Source: a virus (Duplodnaviria > Caudoviricetes). From it: a stretch of 64,000 nt of DNA. The position numbers and the translations under genes are program-made. The notes below the pieces were generated by a model. That model did no database searches. It saw nothing but the letters and a program-made list of their open reading frames with translations, and was not told the origin of the DNA. Location of the stretch: the IMG/VR virus record IMGVR_UViG_3300020718_000010, positions 1 through 64,000 of that record. One strand, written 5' to 3'. Each line of letters opens with the position of its first letter. Position 1 is the stretch's first letter. Shown one piece after another: positions 51,109-60,480 of this stretch.

Positions 51109-54100
51109 TTAGATGTTGACTTGAGAGAGTGCCATTGAAGGTAGGTCATCAAGACCCAATCCAGAAGATTGAAGAGCCCCTGCTGAGGTTGAGATGGTAG
51201 AAACCGTTGATAAAAGAGTCACCGTGACAAAACCGTTGCTGTTTGGTGCGTTTGCCCCAGTCGAATTTACTTGGTTTGTACCGCTATTGTAAGAACCTGA
51301 AGCACCCGGGGTTCCACTTGCATTTCCACCCGTGTACCCACCACCTGCACCACTTTGACCTTGGCAGCATCCATCTGTTGCTGCACCGCCACCAAATCCA
51401 CCACCACCGTTACACGATGTACTTCCATTTCCACCATTAATAAAAGAATAAGGAAAACTTGATTGGCAAGCAGAAGCAACACTGCCATTCCCAGAAAAAC
51501 CTCCGCCACCCGGAGCGCCTGAACCACCAGTTCCACCGTTTGGCCCACTATTTGTCGTAAGCGCATCTACACGGCTGGAACTCCATGGTGAAGTTGAAGC
51601 ACCACCACCAGCCACAACTAATGCAGTATTTGTATTTGTTGCTACAAAAGTTCCGCCACCGCCACCGCCATAAGATGAATAAACACCACATTGACCAACA
51701 AGAATTTTAATTACTTGACCTTTTGACAAAGTAAAATCACCACGCATTGATGCGCCATAACCAGCAGTTCCGTTTCCTTGATAACCAGCAGCGCCAACCG
51801 CAGTGATTCTGTAAACAGCCGTGCTTGGAACTGTCCAATATTGAATTCCTCCTGTAGCGTTAAAATATAAAGAGTTATTTAACCATGGGTATGTGCTTGT
51901 GCTGTATGAACCAAGAAGCGTAGAAAGCGCTGGCCCAGTAGGCCCTGATGTTCCACCAGAAGTAAATGTAAATGTGCTGAAAGAATAGGAAGGCGTTTCT
52001 GAAGCACCACCAAAAGATGGCGTTTCTACGCCGGGCAAAAATACCATTTGGTCAAGCCAAATAGATTGACCTGTTGATGGTGACCCTTGGGCGTCGTCTG
52101 TAATGTAAAGGGCACAAGTACCTGCCGTTGTTGTTGCAGGAACACTCAAAGAAACAAGATTCCACGTATTGAGCGTTGGGGTAAAATTACTTGAAACCCT
52201 TGTGCCATTTGGGTATTGAAACATGATTGTGTATGTTTTACCGGCACTTGTTGAATCAGCATAAATGTATCCGTAGTACTGATATGTCTGATTTGCAACC
52301 ATTGAATAGGCGCTATTTGCAACGTAACCATATCCAGCCGTTGTATTTGCACGAGTGCATTTAAGCGAATAAGTTCCAGACTGTGCATATGTTGAATCTT
52401 GTGTCGCCGTCCAGTTGATTCCAGCGCCCCAATTTCCTGTTCCTGATTCAAAACCAATATCTGCCGCAGTCATTGATGTTGAGAAACCAACATTGTTAGT
52501 GAGCGCACCAGCGGCGTCAACCACTCCTGCCTGAACATCTGCATAAAATGCGTTTCCAATTGTCAATTGTTGGTTTGCAGAAATAACTTTTGGCCCCATA
52601 AACGATGTGCCATCTGGTAGAAACTTTGCAACAAGGATATTTGTCCCACCACCGGCGGCTCCACCTATGTACCTTGTTGTTGAGCCGGGAACGGCAATTG
52701 TTAAATAACCGGGGCTCGAAGGTGCGTATGCTCCTACTGTCCCGTTGTACCCAACTGTTGAGGTGATTGTCGTTCCATTAAAAGTAGAACCTCCATTGTA
52801 TTGGCCATTCGATGTACTTAAATTTGTTGCTGTGGCAATTACATAAGAGCCCCCGCCACCGGCATTGTTGGGGTTGCTCGTGTCCCCACCCGCACCACCA
52901 GAGTAACCACCGCCACCGCCACCGCCCCAACCGTTTCCGTTAGAGCCACCGCCACCGCCAAAACCACCGTAAGAATAAGAGGGATTGTTAAGTGCATACC
53001 CACCAATTCCACTATTGGTAAATGCTTTCCCATTCATGTATGGATAACCATTTGTATTTCCATTTGAGTCTCCAGTTAGCCCGCCACCACCACCGGAAAG
53101 ACCATTTACAGAACCGCCTCCGCCACCGCCCGAACCACCAGTTCCACCGTTATATCCAGCACTTCCATTATTTGTAGTTTGACCGTCAACCTGAGATTGA
53201 CTTCCTATGCCGTAGTTGTAATAAGTTCCACCACCGCCACCTGCAACAATGATTGGGTTATTTGATGAATCAGTCATGAACGTTCCACCACCGCCACCGC
53301 CGTCATAGTATGCACTACCCGGCTGTCCAACAATAATTTTGTAAACCGTTCCAGCAGTAAGCGTTACCGTTGCTTGAATTATTGCACCACGCCCGGCAAT
53401 ATAAGAAGTTGTTGTTGGTGTTCCACCACGAGCGCCCGGGGCACCCGCTGCCGTAATTGTGTATGAACCGGTGGCTGGAGCGGTCCAATATTGAGTTCCC
53501 GTTGTTCCGGGCTCATTAAAATATGCGGTGTTTGTAAGCCATGGATTTTGTGTGGTGTTGTAATAACTTAGAAGCGTAGAAAGCGATGGCCCCGTGTATG
53601 CGTTGACGCCACCAGTTCCAAAAGTAAATGTATTTCCAGCAACTGTGTATGAAGAAACCGGCCCGGGTACGGTAACGGTTGTTGCTGGAAGACCATTTCC
53701 AATTTGACCAGTTACGTAAACGTTACCTGTTGCGTCGTTTGCGACACCGTAAAGAAGTGTATTTCCTGCGGCACCAGTAAGTGTTGTTGAAGGGCCTGTA
53801 AGCGCTTTTTGCCAAAGAAGAACGCCTGCATCTGAGTATTTAAGTAAGTACGATTGGTTTGGGGTGTTGTTTGTGTCGTTACCCGTTACGTAAACCAAAC
53901 CTAGGTTGTCAACCGATACAGATGTATTGTAAAGATTTCTACCAATTCCACGTTTCCATTGAATAACACCACTGGAATTATATTTTGCTACAAAACCAAA
54001 AGTGTTGTAGTAGTAACCAACTACATAAACGTATCCTTTTGCGTCCGTGGTAACTCCAAGAACTGATGTGTTTGTGTTGTACAAAGAGCGTTGCCACGCA

Positions 54101-54807
54101 AGGGTTCCGCTGGTGTTATATTGCGCCAAGAAACCATAGTTATCTGTTCCATTATTGTAAATTCCACCAACGTAAACATTTCCTGATTTATCTAATGCAA
54201 CTCCGTTGCCCTGAACAGAGCCAGATTGTGTCAGGTAACGCTGCCATTGATAAACACCTGCAGATGTGTACTTAATTACAACTCCGGCGAAAACCGTTGC
54301 TGATGTTGCTCCATAGTAACCAGTTACATAAACATTGTTAGCACTATCAAGCGCAACTGATGCTGCGTAGTTTGGATATGAGGTACTTGAACCATTGGCG
54401 TATTGAACTTGCCAGAGAATAAGCCCGTTTGCTGAATATTTAAGAAGAGAACCAATCCAGTATCCGTTGTAGTACTGGCCAGCAACGTAGATATTTCCAG
54501 AATTATCTACTGCAACCCCTTGGTGATTTCCACCACCTGCTCCATTATTTTTGAAAGAGCGCTGCCAAATAACCTGTCCATTGGGTGAATACTTGGTTAA
54601 AAGTGCAAAACCATAATTATTGGCACGCCCTACCGTATAAACATTTCCTGATGCGTCAACCGTTATTCCTTGGTTTGAGTCCGATTGGCTGGCTACTTGC
54701 TGAACGTAGTTAGATTGAGACGCAATAAAGTTAGGGCCGTTAACGGTTAACCCTTCACCCCCAGCACCTTTAACCGAAGCCGCCCCCGCAGTATTTGCTA
54801 AAGGCAT
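51109..54807 (-). CDS. Adhesin-like protein: beta-propeller, two ALK/LTK-type Gly-rich domains and CBM-like domain
   Basis: Six to seven G.AVD.SGNVYV.G...KY...G...WQ repeats; two W.VP....Y.I.A.GA.G...G.G......L..G....I.VGQ.G...GGGGGTF units. Confidence 0.8.
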   Translation of the reverse strand: MPLANTAGAASVKGAGGEGLTVNGPNFIASQSNYVQQVASQSDSNQGITVDASGNVYTVGRANNYGFALLTKYSPNGQVIWQRSFKNNGAGGGNHQGVAVDNSGNIYVAGQYYNGYWIGSLLKYSANGLILWQVQYANGSSTSYPNYAASVALDSANNVYVTGYYGATSATVFAGVVIKYTSAGVYQWQRYLTQSGSVQGNGVALDKSGNVYVGGIYNNGTDNYGFLAQYNTSGTLAWQRSLYNTNTSVLGVTTDAKGYVYVVGYYYNTFGFVAKYNSSGVIQWKRGIGRNLYNTSVSVDNLGLVYVTGNDTNNTPNQSYLLKYSDAGVLLWQKALTGPSTTLTGAAGNTLLYGVANDATGNVYVTGQIGNGLPATTVTVPGPVSSYTVAGNTFTFGTGGVNAYTGPSLSTLLSYYNTTQNPWLTNTAYFNEPGTTGTQYWTAPATGSYTITAAGAPGARGGTPTTTSYIAGRGAIIQATVTLTAGTVYKIIVGQPGSAYYDGGGGGGTFMTDSSNNPIIVAGGGGGTYYNYGIGSQSQVDGQTTNNGSAGYNGGTGGSGGGGGGSVNGLSGGGGGLTGDSNGNTNGYPYMNGKAFTNSGIGGYALNNPSYSYGGFGGGGGSNGNGWGGGGGGGYSGGAGGDTSNPNNAGGGGSYVIATATNLSTSNGQYNGGSTFNGTTITSTVGYNGTVGAYAPSSPGYLTIAVPGSTTRYIGGAAGGGTNILVAKFLPDGTSFMGPKVISANQQLTIGNAFYADVQAGVVDAAGALTNNVGFSTSMTAADIGFESGTGNWGAGINWTATQDSTYAQSGTYSLKCTRANTTAGYGYVANSAYSMVANQTYQYYGYIYADSTSAGKTYTIMFQYPNGTRVSSNFTPTLNTWNLVSLSVPATTTAGTCALYITDDAQGSPSTGQSIWLDQMVFLPGVETPSFGGASETPSYSFSTFTFTSGGTSGPTGPALSTLLGSYSTSTYPWLNNSLYFNATGGIQYWTVPSTAVYRITAVGAAGYQGNGTAGYGASMRGDFTLSKGQVIKILVGQCGVYSSYGGGGGGTFVATNTNTALVVAGGGASTSPWSSSRVDALTTNSGPNGGTGGSGAPGGGGFSGNGSVASACQSSFPYSFINGGNGSTSCNGGGGFGGGAATDGCCQGQSGAGGGYTGGNASGTPGASGSYNSGTNQVNSTGANAPNSNGFVTVTLLSTVSTISTSAGALQSSGLGLDDLPSMALSQVNI

Positions 54808-55358
54808 TAGTACCTCGTTAGAGAAGCAAAGACCGTATAGGTCGGAGTTGCACTTGTTTTTACAATAGTAAATACGTAAGCGTCGTATCCGTTTGCGTTA
54901 CCCGCAGTTGGTGCATATCCACCTTGCCAAAAAGCATTTTGCGTTACTCCGTCAATGTTTACGTTTAGGCAGTAATAGGCAGTTCCACCTTGGTTGACGT
55001 ATGCAGCGATGGTGATTGACTGTCCAATGGAAAGCAATGAGTTAAGCGTTGCGCTGGATGTTGAGGCAATATTAAATGTCCAGTTATTTGTAGCCTGCGC
55101 CGTCCATACATAAAAAGACCCGTTTGTCGTTACGTAAAGCGGAACCGTTGTATTTCCAGTTGAACCCAAAGACACTGTGGTAGAAAGTGACGTACTTTCC
55201 AAAGGTGAGTTCAAAACAACGTTTACGGCATTAACTCCATTAGTTCCAGCCGCCCCTTGGGCGCCCTGAGCACCAGCAGCACCCTGTGAGCCTTGTGCCC
55301 CATAGACAGCAGGAAGCCAACTCTGTGACGTGTTATCAAAGTAATAGAGTTGGGGCAC
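54807..55358 (-). CDS. Anchor plus collagen plus fibre-tip domain protein
   Basis: MPQLYYFD....WLPAV.G, G-x-Q triplets, W.GG.APTAGNA...D.Y.FTI.KT C-terminus. Confidence 0.75.
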   Translation of the reverse strand: MPQLYYFDNTSQSWLPAVYGAQGSQGAAGAQGAQGAAGTNGVNAVNVVLNSPLESTSLSTTVSLGSTGNTTVPLYVTTNGSFYVWTAQATNNWTFNIASTSSATLNSLLSIGQSITIAAYVNQGGTAYYCLNVNIDGVTQNAFWQGGYAPTAGNANGYDAYVFTIVKTSATPTYTVFASLTRY

Positions 55359-55369
55359 TTTTAAAAACC

Positions 55370-55786
55370 TTAACTATCGGTTGATGAAGAAGGCGCAGAC
55401 TTTGTTTCACCAGATGCAATAAAATCTGCCTGTGCTTTTTCGTCTACAGGCAAAGTTGGCGCTGGCTCTTCTCCTGCTTCTTGTGCCTTGTAAGCATCAA
55501 GACGATTCTGAAGAGCATCAATTTGCGCTTGAATAGTCGCAGCAGTTTCTGGTGATGGGATGTGCTCAGCGTTGTAGTGAGTTTGAATTTGTGCGATTAC
55601 CCATGTCTCTGCTTCTTGGTAACTAGCCCAGTCGATTCCAGTATCAGGATTGTGTGGCTGGTCTAGAACCGCCCATCCTTCAGGGTGTGGGTCATTAGCG
55701 TTAAAAACGTTAACTGTAAATGGTGGTGTTTCTTGAATTGTGTAAGCCCATCCATCAAGAATTGTTGCGTGGTCTGGAAATGACAT
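55370..55786 (-). CDS. Small acidic chaperone-like protein
   Basis: V.VF....P......QP..P.....W....EA..W; follows propeller adhesin. Confidence 0.55.
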   Translation of the reverse strand: MSFPDHATILDGWAYTIQETPPFTVNVFNANDPHPEGWAVLDQPHNPDTGIDWASYQEAETWVIAQIQTHYNAEHIPSPETAATIQAQIDALQNRLDAYKAQEAGEEPAPTLPVDEKAQADFIASGETKSAPSSSTDS

Positions 55787-55798
55787 TTTTTATTCTCC

Positions 55799-57091
55799 TT
55801 AGTATGTGTTCGATGAACCGTTGTAGACACCAAATGCTATTGGAAGCGCAGCGCCCATTGGTACCACTGTTGCATACTGGTTATTATTATTTGGCGACAT
55901 TACAATAAAACCATTTCCGTAAGCAATTCCACTTGGTTGATATGAGACGCCAGTGGTGGTCCAACCATTGCTCCAAGAACCATTTAAGATGTACGAGTAT
56001 CCTTGGTTGTTGTTGTTATATGCGTTAATAAAATACCCAGCAGCAAAAACAGATTTTCCACTATAACTACTTTGCGACATACCGTTTGTACTAACCCATT
56101 TTTGTCCATTGTTTATCGAGTATGCGGAAACGTTTTGATTTTGTGTTGTACTCATGACCCATGTAGGCACACCGTTGGGGTCACCATAGGCAAGACCTTG
56201 CCAATAATAAGAACCTAAATTATTTGTGTACTGTGTCCACGTGTATCCGTTTGAAGTGGTCGCCAAAATGTTTGTAGAAGAACCGTCACCAGCAATAGCC
56301 ATCCAAATTCCGTTTCCATAGGCAATGCAAGTCCAATAAACCGTTGAAGGAAGGGTTGATGCTGTCCAAGTTTGTCCATTGTTGGTTGAATATGAGGCGG
56401 AATTTGTTGACGAACCACCAAGTTGCGACTGTGAATACCCAGCAATATCAACCCAAGTTCCAGCACCATTTGAAAGGTTTGTACCAAAAGCAAGACTTGC
56501 CCAGTACGTTGATGATGAATTTGTGTAGGCAGTCCATGTGTACCCGTTTGGTGATGTTGCTACATAGTTATGCGTAGACGCAGCACCAGCAATGGCCACG
56601 AAGATACCATTTCCAAAAGTAACGCAACTCCAATAAGCGGTATATGGCATTGAAGCAAGGGCCCAAGTAGAGCCATTATTTGTTGAGTAAAGACAGTTAG
56701 AACTGCTGTTGTTATTGATGGTTACAAAAGTATTGTTTCCAAAAGCACACGTTGTGTAATACCCTCCATATCCCATGATGTTATTTGAGTAGGAGTTTGA
56801 CATTGCTCCACCGGATGCAATCACGGTCATTGTGTGGGCGTAGTTTGCAGCAACGTTTAAAGTTCTTGTTGTATTTGACGGAACATAAGTTTTACCTCCA
56901 CCAATGTCCATTTGCAAACCGTTTGAACCCGAAGTAATAATTACAACGTTACTTTTAGGCGTGATTGTTGCGGTGGCGTATCCATTGGCACTTGTAGATG
57001 TAACTACGCCGTCAGTAACAACAGACGCAGCACCCGGCGGTAATTGCGTGGAGTTTGATTGAACTACGTTCGGGTAGTAGTAAATCGGCAT
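55799..57091 (-). CDS. Beta-propeller (BNR/sialidase-like repeat) protein
   Basis: Repeated W...AFGNG.FVAIA........YS.NG.TWT units. Confidence 0.75.
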   Translation of the reverse strand: MPIYYYPNVVQSNSTQLPPGAASVVTDGVVTSTSANGYATATITPKSNVVIITSGSNGLQMDIGGGKTYVPSNTTRTLNVAANYAHTMTVIASGGAMSNSYSNNIMGYGGYYTTCAFGNNTFVTINNNSSSNCLYSTNNGSTWALASMPYTAYWSCVTFGNGIFVAIAGAASTHNYVATSPNGYTWTAYTNSSSTYWASLAFGTNLSNGAGTWVDIAGYSQSQLGGSSTNSASYSTNNGQTWTASTLPSTVYWTCIAYGNGIWMAIAGDGSSTNILATTSNGYTWTQYTNNLGSYYWQGLAYGDPNGVPTWVMSTTQNQNVSAYSINNGQKWVSTNGMSQSSYSGKSVFAAGYFINAYNNNNQGYSYILNGSWSNGWTTTGVSYQPSGIAYGNGFIVMSPNNNNQYATVVPMGAALPIAFGVYNGSSNTY

Positions 57092-57414
57092 TAGATAATC
57101 ACCACTCCAGAAATGTGGATGTAAAGAGCCGAAGCAGTTCCCGCTCCACCAGTAATTGAGTAGTTGGCGGGCACTGTTTGTTTGATGTCAAAAAATGCGG
57201 TGGTGTTTGCTGGAATAGAAACAGCCGAAAGAATTGGAATTGCGTTACCAGTTGGGTCTGGAAGGTTTAGTGTTGCAGTCGCAGCAGTCGCTGTGCTGTT
57301 GGCAATGGCGACGTTTGTGACAATGGCAGTTCCGGTTGCTGGGGCGGTGTAGAGAGACGTGTTTGTGGTCGTGGTCAGAAGCACACGCTTCATGAGGGTT
57401 GCTGTAGTGGCCAT
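57091..57414 (-). CDS. ~100-aa beta-sandwich structural protein, copy 2
   Basis: SLYTAPA.G.AIVTNV.IAN...SGV. Confidence 0.65.
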   Translation of the reverse strand: MATTATLMKRVLLTTTTNTSLYTAPATGTAIVTNVAIANSTATAATATLNLPDPTGNAIPILSAVSIPANTTAFFDIKQTVPANYSITGGAGTASALYIHISGVVII

Positions 57415-58061
57415 TAGTAAAATGCTCCCATAATTAATTGAGTCTGAAGTTCAGTCTCTATCGTAACCGAGTTAACGAAAGGTTCCCATATTGCCGATGT
57501 GGCGTTATAAGTAAATACAACAAAAAGGCCCGGCGAAAGAACAAGTCCAGAGACACGGATTGTGTCACTTCCACCAGTTCCAAAGGCAACTTGGGCTGTT
57601 GCTGAAATAAGGTTCTGCACGCCAACAATTGTTCCCGCCGATGGGGCGGTCGGTAAGTTGACTTGCATAAGGCTGGCTGGGTTACAAAGAACCAATTGAT
57701 AAGCAGTTGCTGAATAGGTTCCCGAGGTTTGGATAGTGCTTGGTGTCAGGGCAAAAAGACCTGAGCCCGTAATCCCTTGATACCCTTGCGCCCCTTGCGC
57801 CCCCTGCGCACCCGTGGAAGCGGTAACCCAAGAGCCAATGTTTAATGGCGTACTTGTGGTGATTCCGGTAGCGCTATTTACAACAAATTGCGTCAGGTTT
57901 GTAATGCTGGTAATTGTTGTGTTTATTCCGTATGAAGAGTTGGCGACAACCATTCCTTGCGACAAAGCCGCTGTGGTAGAAACCGAGATTGTTGTTCCAG
58001 ATACTGCCGTAGGAGTAAATGGAGAACCGGTGGCTGGTGAGAAGTAGGAGAGTTGTGTCAT
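57414..58061 (-). CDS. Anchor plus collagen protein with C-terminal MG motif
   Basis: Start ATG 58061 (TAATG overlap), MTQLSYF...SWV....GAQGAQG; ends LQTQLIMGAFY. Confidence 0.7.
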   Translation of the reverse strand: MTQLSYFSPATGSPFTPTAVSGTTISVSTTAALSQGMVVANSSYGINTTITSITNLTQFVVNSATGITTSTPLNIGSWVTASTGAQGAQGAQGYQGITGSGLFALTPSTIQTSGTYSATAYQLVLCNPASLMQVNLPTAPSAGTIVGVQNLISATAQVAFGTGGSDTIRVSGLVLSPGLFVVFTYNATSAIWEPFVNSVTIETELQTQLIMGAFY

Positions 58062-59170
58062 TACAGTTCCGCCGTAAATCCTATGTAACCACCAGAAATA
58101 GCACTTCTTATCCAATAAGGTCTAAATTGTGTAAGCGTTCCTGTAACTCCAACATTTAATATAACAACTTGTGTTGTATTGCTACTACCCGCCAAACCTG
58201 CTGAAGTAATCGTAAAAGAGTTTGCGCCATCGACTGCTTGAAGGTTTGCAAAGGCAACAGTACCAGAGGGTACTGCCCTCATTGTTACAGGAAGTAAAAA
58301 TGGAACGTAAAAACTGCTTGTTGTGTTTGCTGTTCCAAGTGGAGATAAAATTGCACCACTATTATTTGTGTCAGAAGTAACTTGCAAATAGTACCTCTGA
58401 CACGCCGCCAACTCACCTTGAACAAGACCACCGGCACGTGTGAACTGAGTTGCTGTTGAACCAAGTTCGAGTTGTACGTTAGCAATTCTTACTGTTGCTC
58501 CATTTGTTGATTGAGCGGTATCTGGAACAATTCCAAACCTAATGCTAAGTGCATCTGTAGGAATTGTTGTGGTGAATGAAAGTCGTGTCCATACAGTAGG
58601 AGCATTGTTGGCTTGGTTTTGAGTTACGCTGAGAGCCGTTCCGCTTCCAAGTGTTGTGTATGAAGCGTCTGTCGCTGAGTTGCTGTAATAAATTTCAGGA
58701 ACAATGTTTCCAGTCCAACCACCAGAGACAAGGGCGTAATAGGAGAATGTAACCGTTTGACCACGAAGGGGAATAACGTTTGCGGTTTCAATTGGTTGGT
58801 GAATTTGGCAAAAACTTCCCGCAGTCGTTCCAGTTATGTTCCATTTAAGGCCGTAACGAGCACCAACTGGAAGGTTTGTTGTTTCTTGAGTTATTGATGA
58901 TGTTCCGATAACTCTTCCGTACCAGCGGTCGGCTGTGTAAACTTGGTCACTTGTAAATGAGGTTCCACGTTGCCAGATGTCAAAGGCTCCATTAATCAGT
59001 GAGTTTTTACCAGCAATATTTGTTGTAAGCGAGGACGTACCTTGATTGCCTTGAAAACCTTGGCTCCCTTGAAAACCTTGATACCCTTGTGAGCCTTGGT
59101 ACCCTTGCGGTCCACCGACTACAGCGTCCCAGTTACCAGTTGATGAGTTATAGATGCGTGCTGTTGTCAT
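58061..59170 (-). CDS. Collagen-stalk fibre with CBM-like/CQRY domain, paralog 1
   Basis: GKN..ING.FDIWQRGTSF...VQLELGS.AT.F.RAGG...GELA.CQRYY. Confidence 0.8.
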   Translation of the reverse strand: MTTARIYNSSTGNWDAVVGGPQGYQGSQGYQGFQGSQGFQGNQGTSSLTTNIAGKNSLINGAFDIWQRGTSFTSDQVYTADRWYGRVIGTSSITQETTNLPVGARYGLKWNITGTTAGSFCQIHQPIETANVIPLRGQTVTFSYYALVSGGWTGNIVPEIYYSNSATDASYTTLGSGTALSVTQNQANNAPTVWTRLSFTTTIPTDALSIRFGIVPDTAQSTNGATVRIANVQLELGSTATQFTRAGGLVQGELAACQRYYLQVTSDTNNSGAILSPLGTANTTSSFYVPFLLPVTMRAVPSGTVAFANLQAVDGANSFTITSAGLAGSSNTTQVVILNVGVTGTLTQFRPYWIRSAISGGYIGFTAEL

Positions 59171-60471
59171 TACAACTCCGAACTAAATGCTATGTAAGAT
59201 GCTGATGAGTTACTGGCATACAACTGGTAGCAATAACCAACCGTTAATCCTGACGCAACGTTTGGTTGAATAGTTGCTGAAAGTGTGGTCGCAGAAGCAC
59301 CGGCCAAGTTTATTGACGTAACAGTAATGGGTGTTCCGGCAGAAACGGCAAGGCTTCCCGAAGATGAAAATGATGGGGCTGCTCTCATAGCAACAGGAAA
59401 CACAATGTGTGTATTAGCAATAGTTGTAGTTGCTCCATACCCAAGACCAAATGAGCAATAACTTGACCCACCGTTTTGCCAGTAGTACCTCTGACATAGA
59501 GCCAATTCACCACCAATAGTTCCACCAGCACGAGAAAAAGGAGTTACGGTTGAACCAAGTTCAACTTGAACACCTGTTATGTCTATGTAGTCTGCAGCAC
59601 CTGATGCTCCAGCGGACGTACTCCAATTAAATTGAATTCCTAGTTGAGTCGTTGTTGCGGGGACTGTTCCTGAATATACAAAACGTTGCCATGTGCCAGT
59701 AAATGAAGAAATCGTTTGAGAAATAAATCCGTTAGAACCATTAAATCCTGTTGAGTAAAGGTTTTGGTCATTCCCTGTTCCTGAAACTAATTGTGTAGCA
59801 AAACCTGTTCCTGACCAGTTTGCGCCAACTCTTGCATAAAAAGAAAAGGTAACTGTTTGTCCAGCAAATCTATATGAATCTTTTGATTCAAAATTATATG
59901 TCAGTGGCACAAATGGTGTTGAAGTATTTCCAGATGCTTTTTGAACACGCATTGCATAGTAAATATTTGGCAAGTTTGTGGTGTCTGAAGTTTGCACCTG
60001 AGATATTGTTATGTTTGTTGAAACAGAACAGTTAAACGTCCAACGGTCAAGGCTGTAAGCAGGACCAGCGGTAAAAGTTTGACTCGTTCCACGTTGCGCT
60101 ATGTCCATGCCGCCATTTATGACCGCATTTTTTCCGGCAACACCATAAGCCGATGTTGCAATTCCTGTGACTGACGTGCTTGTGTCAAGCCAGACAACCG
60201 AAGTGTTTGCTGGTGCTGTTGATTGAGAGACGACTGCCGTGGCACCTTGTGCACCTTGTGCTCCGCCTGATGGTCCTTGAAATCCTTGTGGACCTTGAGT
60301 TCCAACTCCGGCTGATGCTGTATTAAGCCATAAAAGCGTTGTGTCGGCAGGTGCTGTTGACCCCGTTGATACGCCCTGAGCACCCTGAAAACCTTGGCTC
60401 CCCTGAGGTCCTACGGCGGACATTGGTAACCATGTGTTGCTGGTTACGTCGTAATAACGGAGTTGTGCCAT
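59170..60471 (-). CDS. Collagen-stalk fibre with CBM-like/CQRY domain, paralog 2
   Basis: Same domain; two STAP..T...W.DT motifs. Confidence 0.8.
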   Translation of the reverse strand: MAQLRYYDVTSNTWLPMSAVGPQGSQGFQGAQGVSTGSTAPADTTLLWLNTASAGVGTQGPQGFQGPSGGAQGAQGATAVVSQSTAPANTSVVWLDTSTSVTGIATSAYGVAGKNAVINGGMDIAQRGTSQTFTAGPAYSLDRWTFNCSVSTNITISQVQTSDTTNLPNIYYAMRVQKASGNTSTPFVPLTYNFESKDSYRFAGQTVTFSFYARVGANWSGTGFATQLVSGTGNDQNLYSTGFNGSNGFISQTISSFTGTWQRFVYSGTVPATTTQLGIQFNWSTSAGASGAADYIDITGVQVELGSTVTPFSRAGGTIGGELALCQRYYWQNGGSSYCSFGLGYGATTTIANTHIVFPVAMRAAPSFSSSGSLAVSAGTPITVTSINLAGASATTLSATIQPNVASGLTVGYCYQLYASNSSASYIAFSSEL

Positions 60472-60480
60472 GTATTAATC

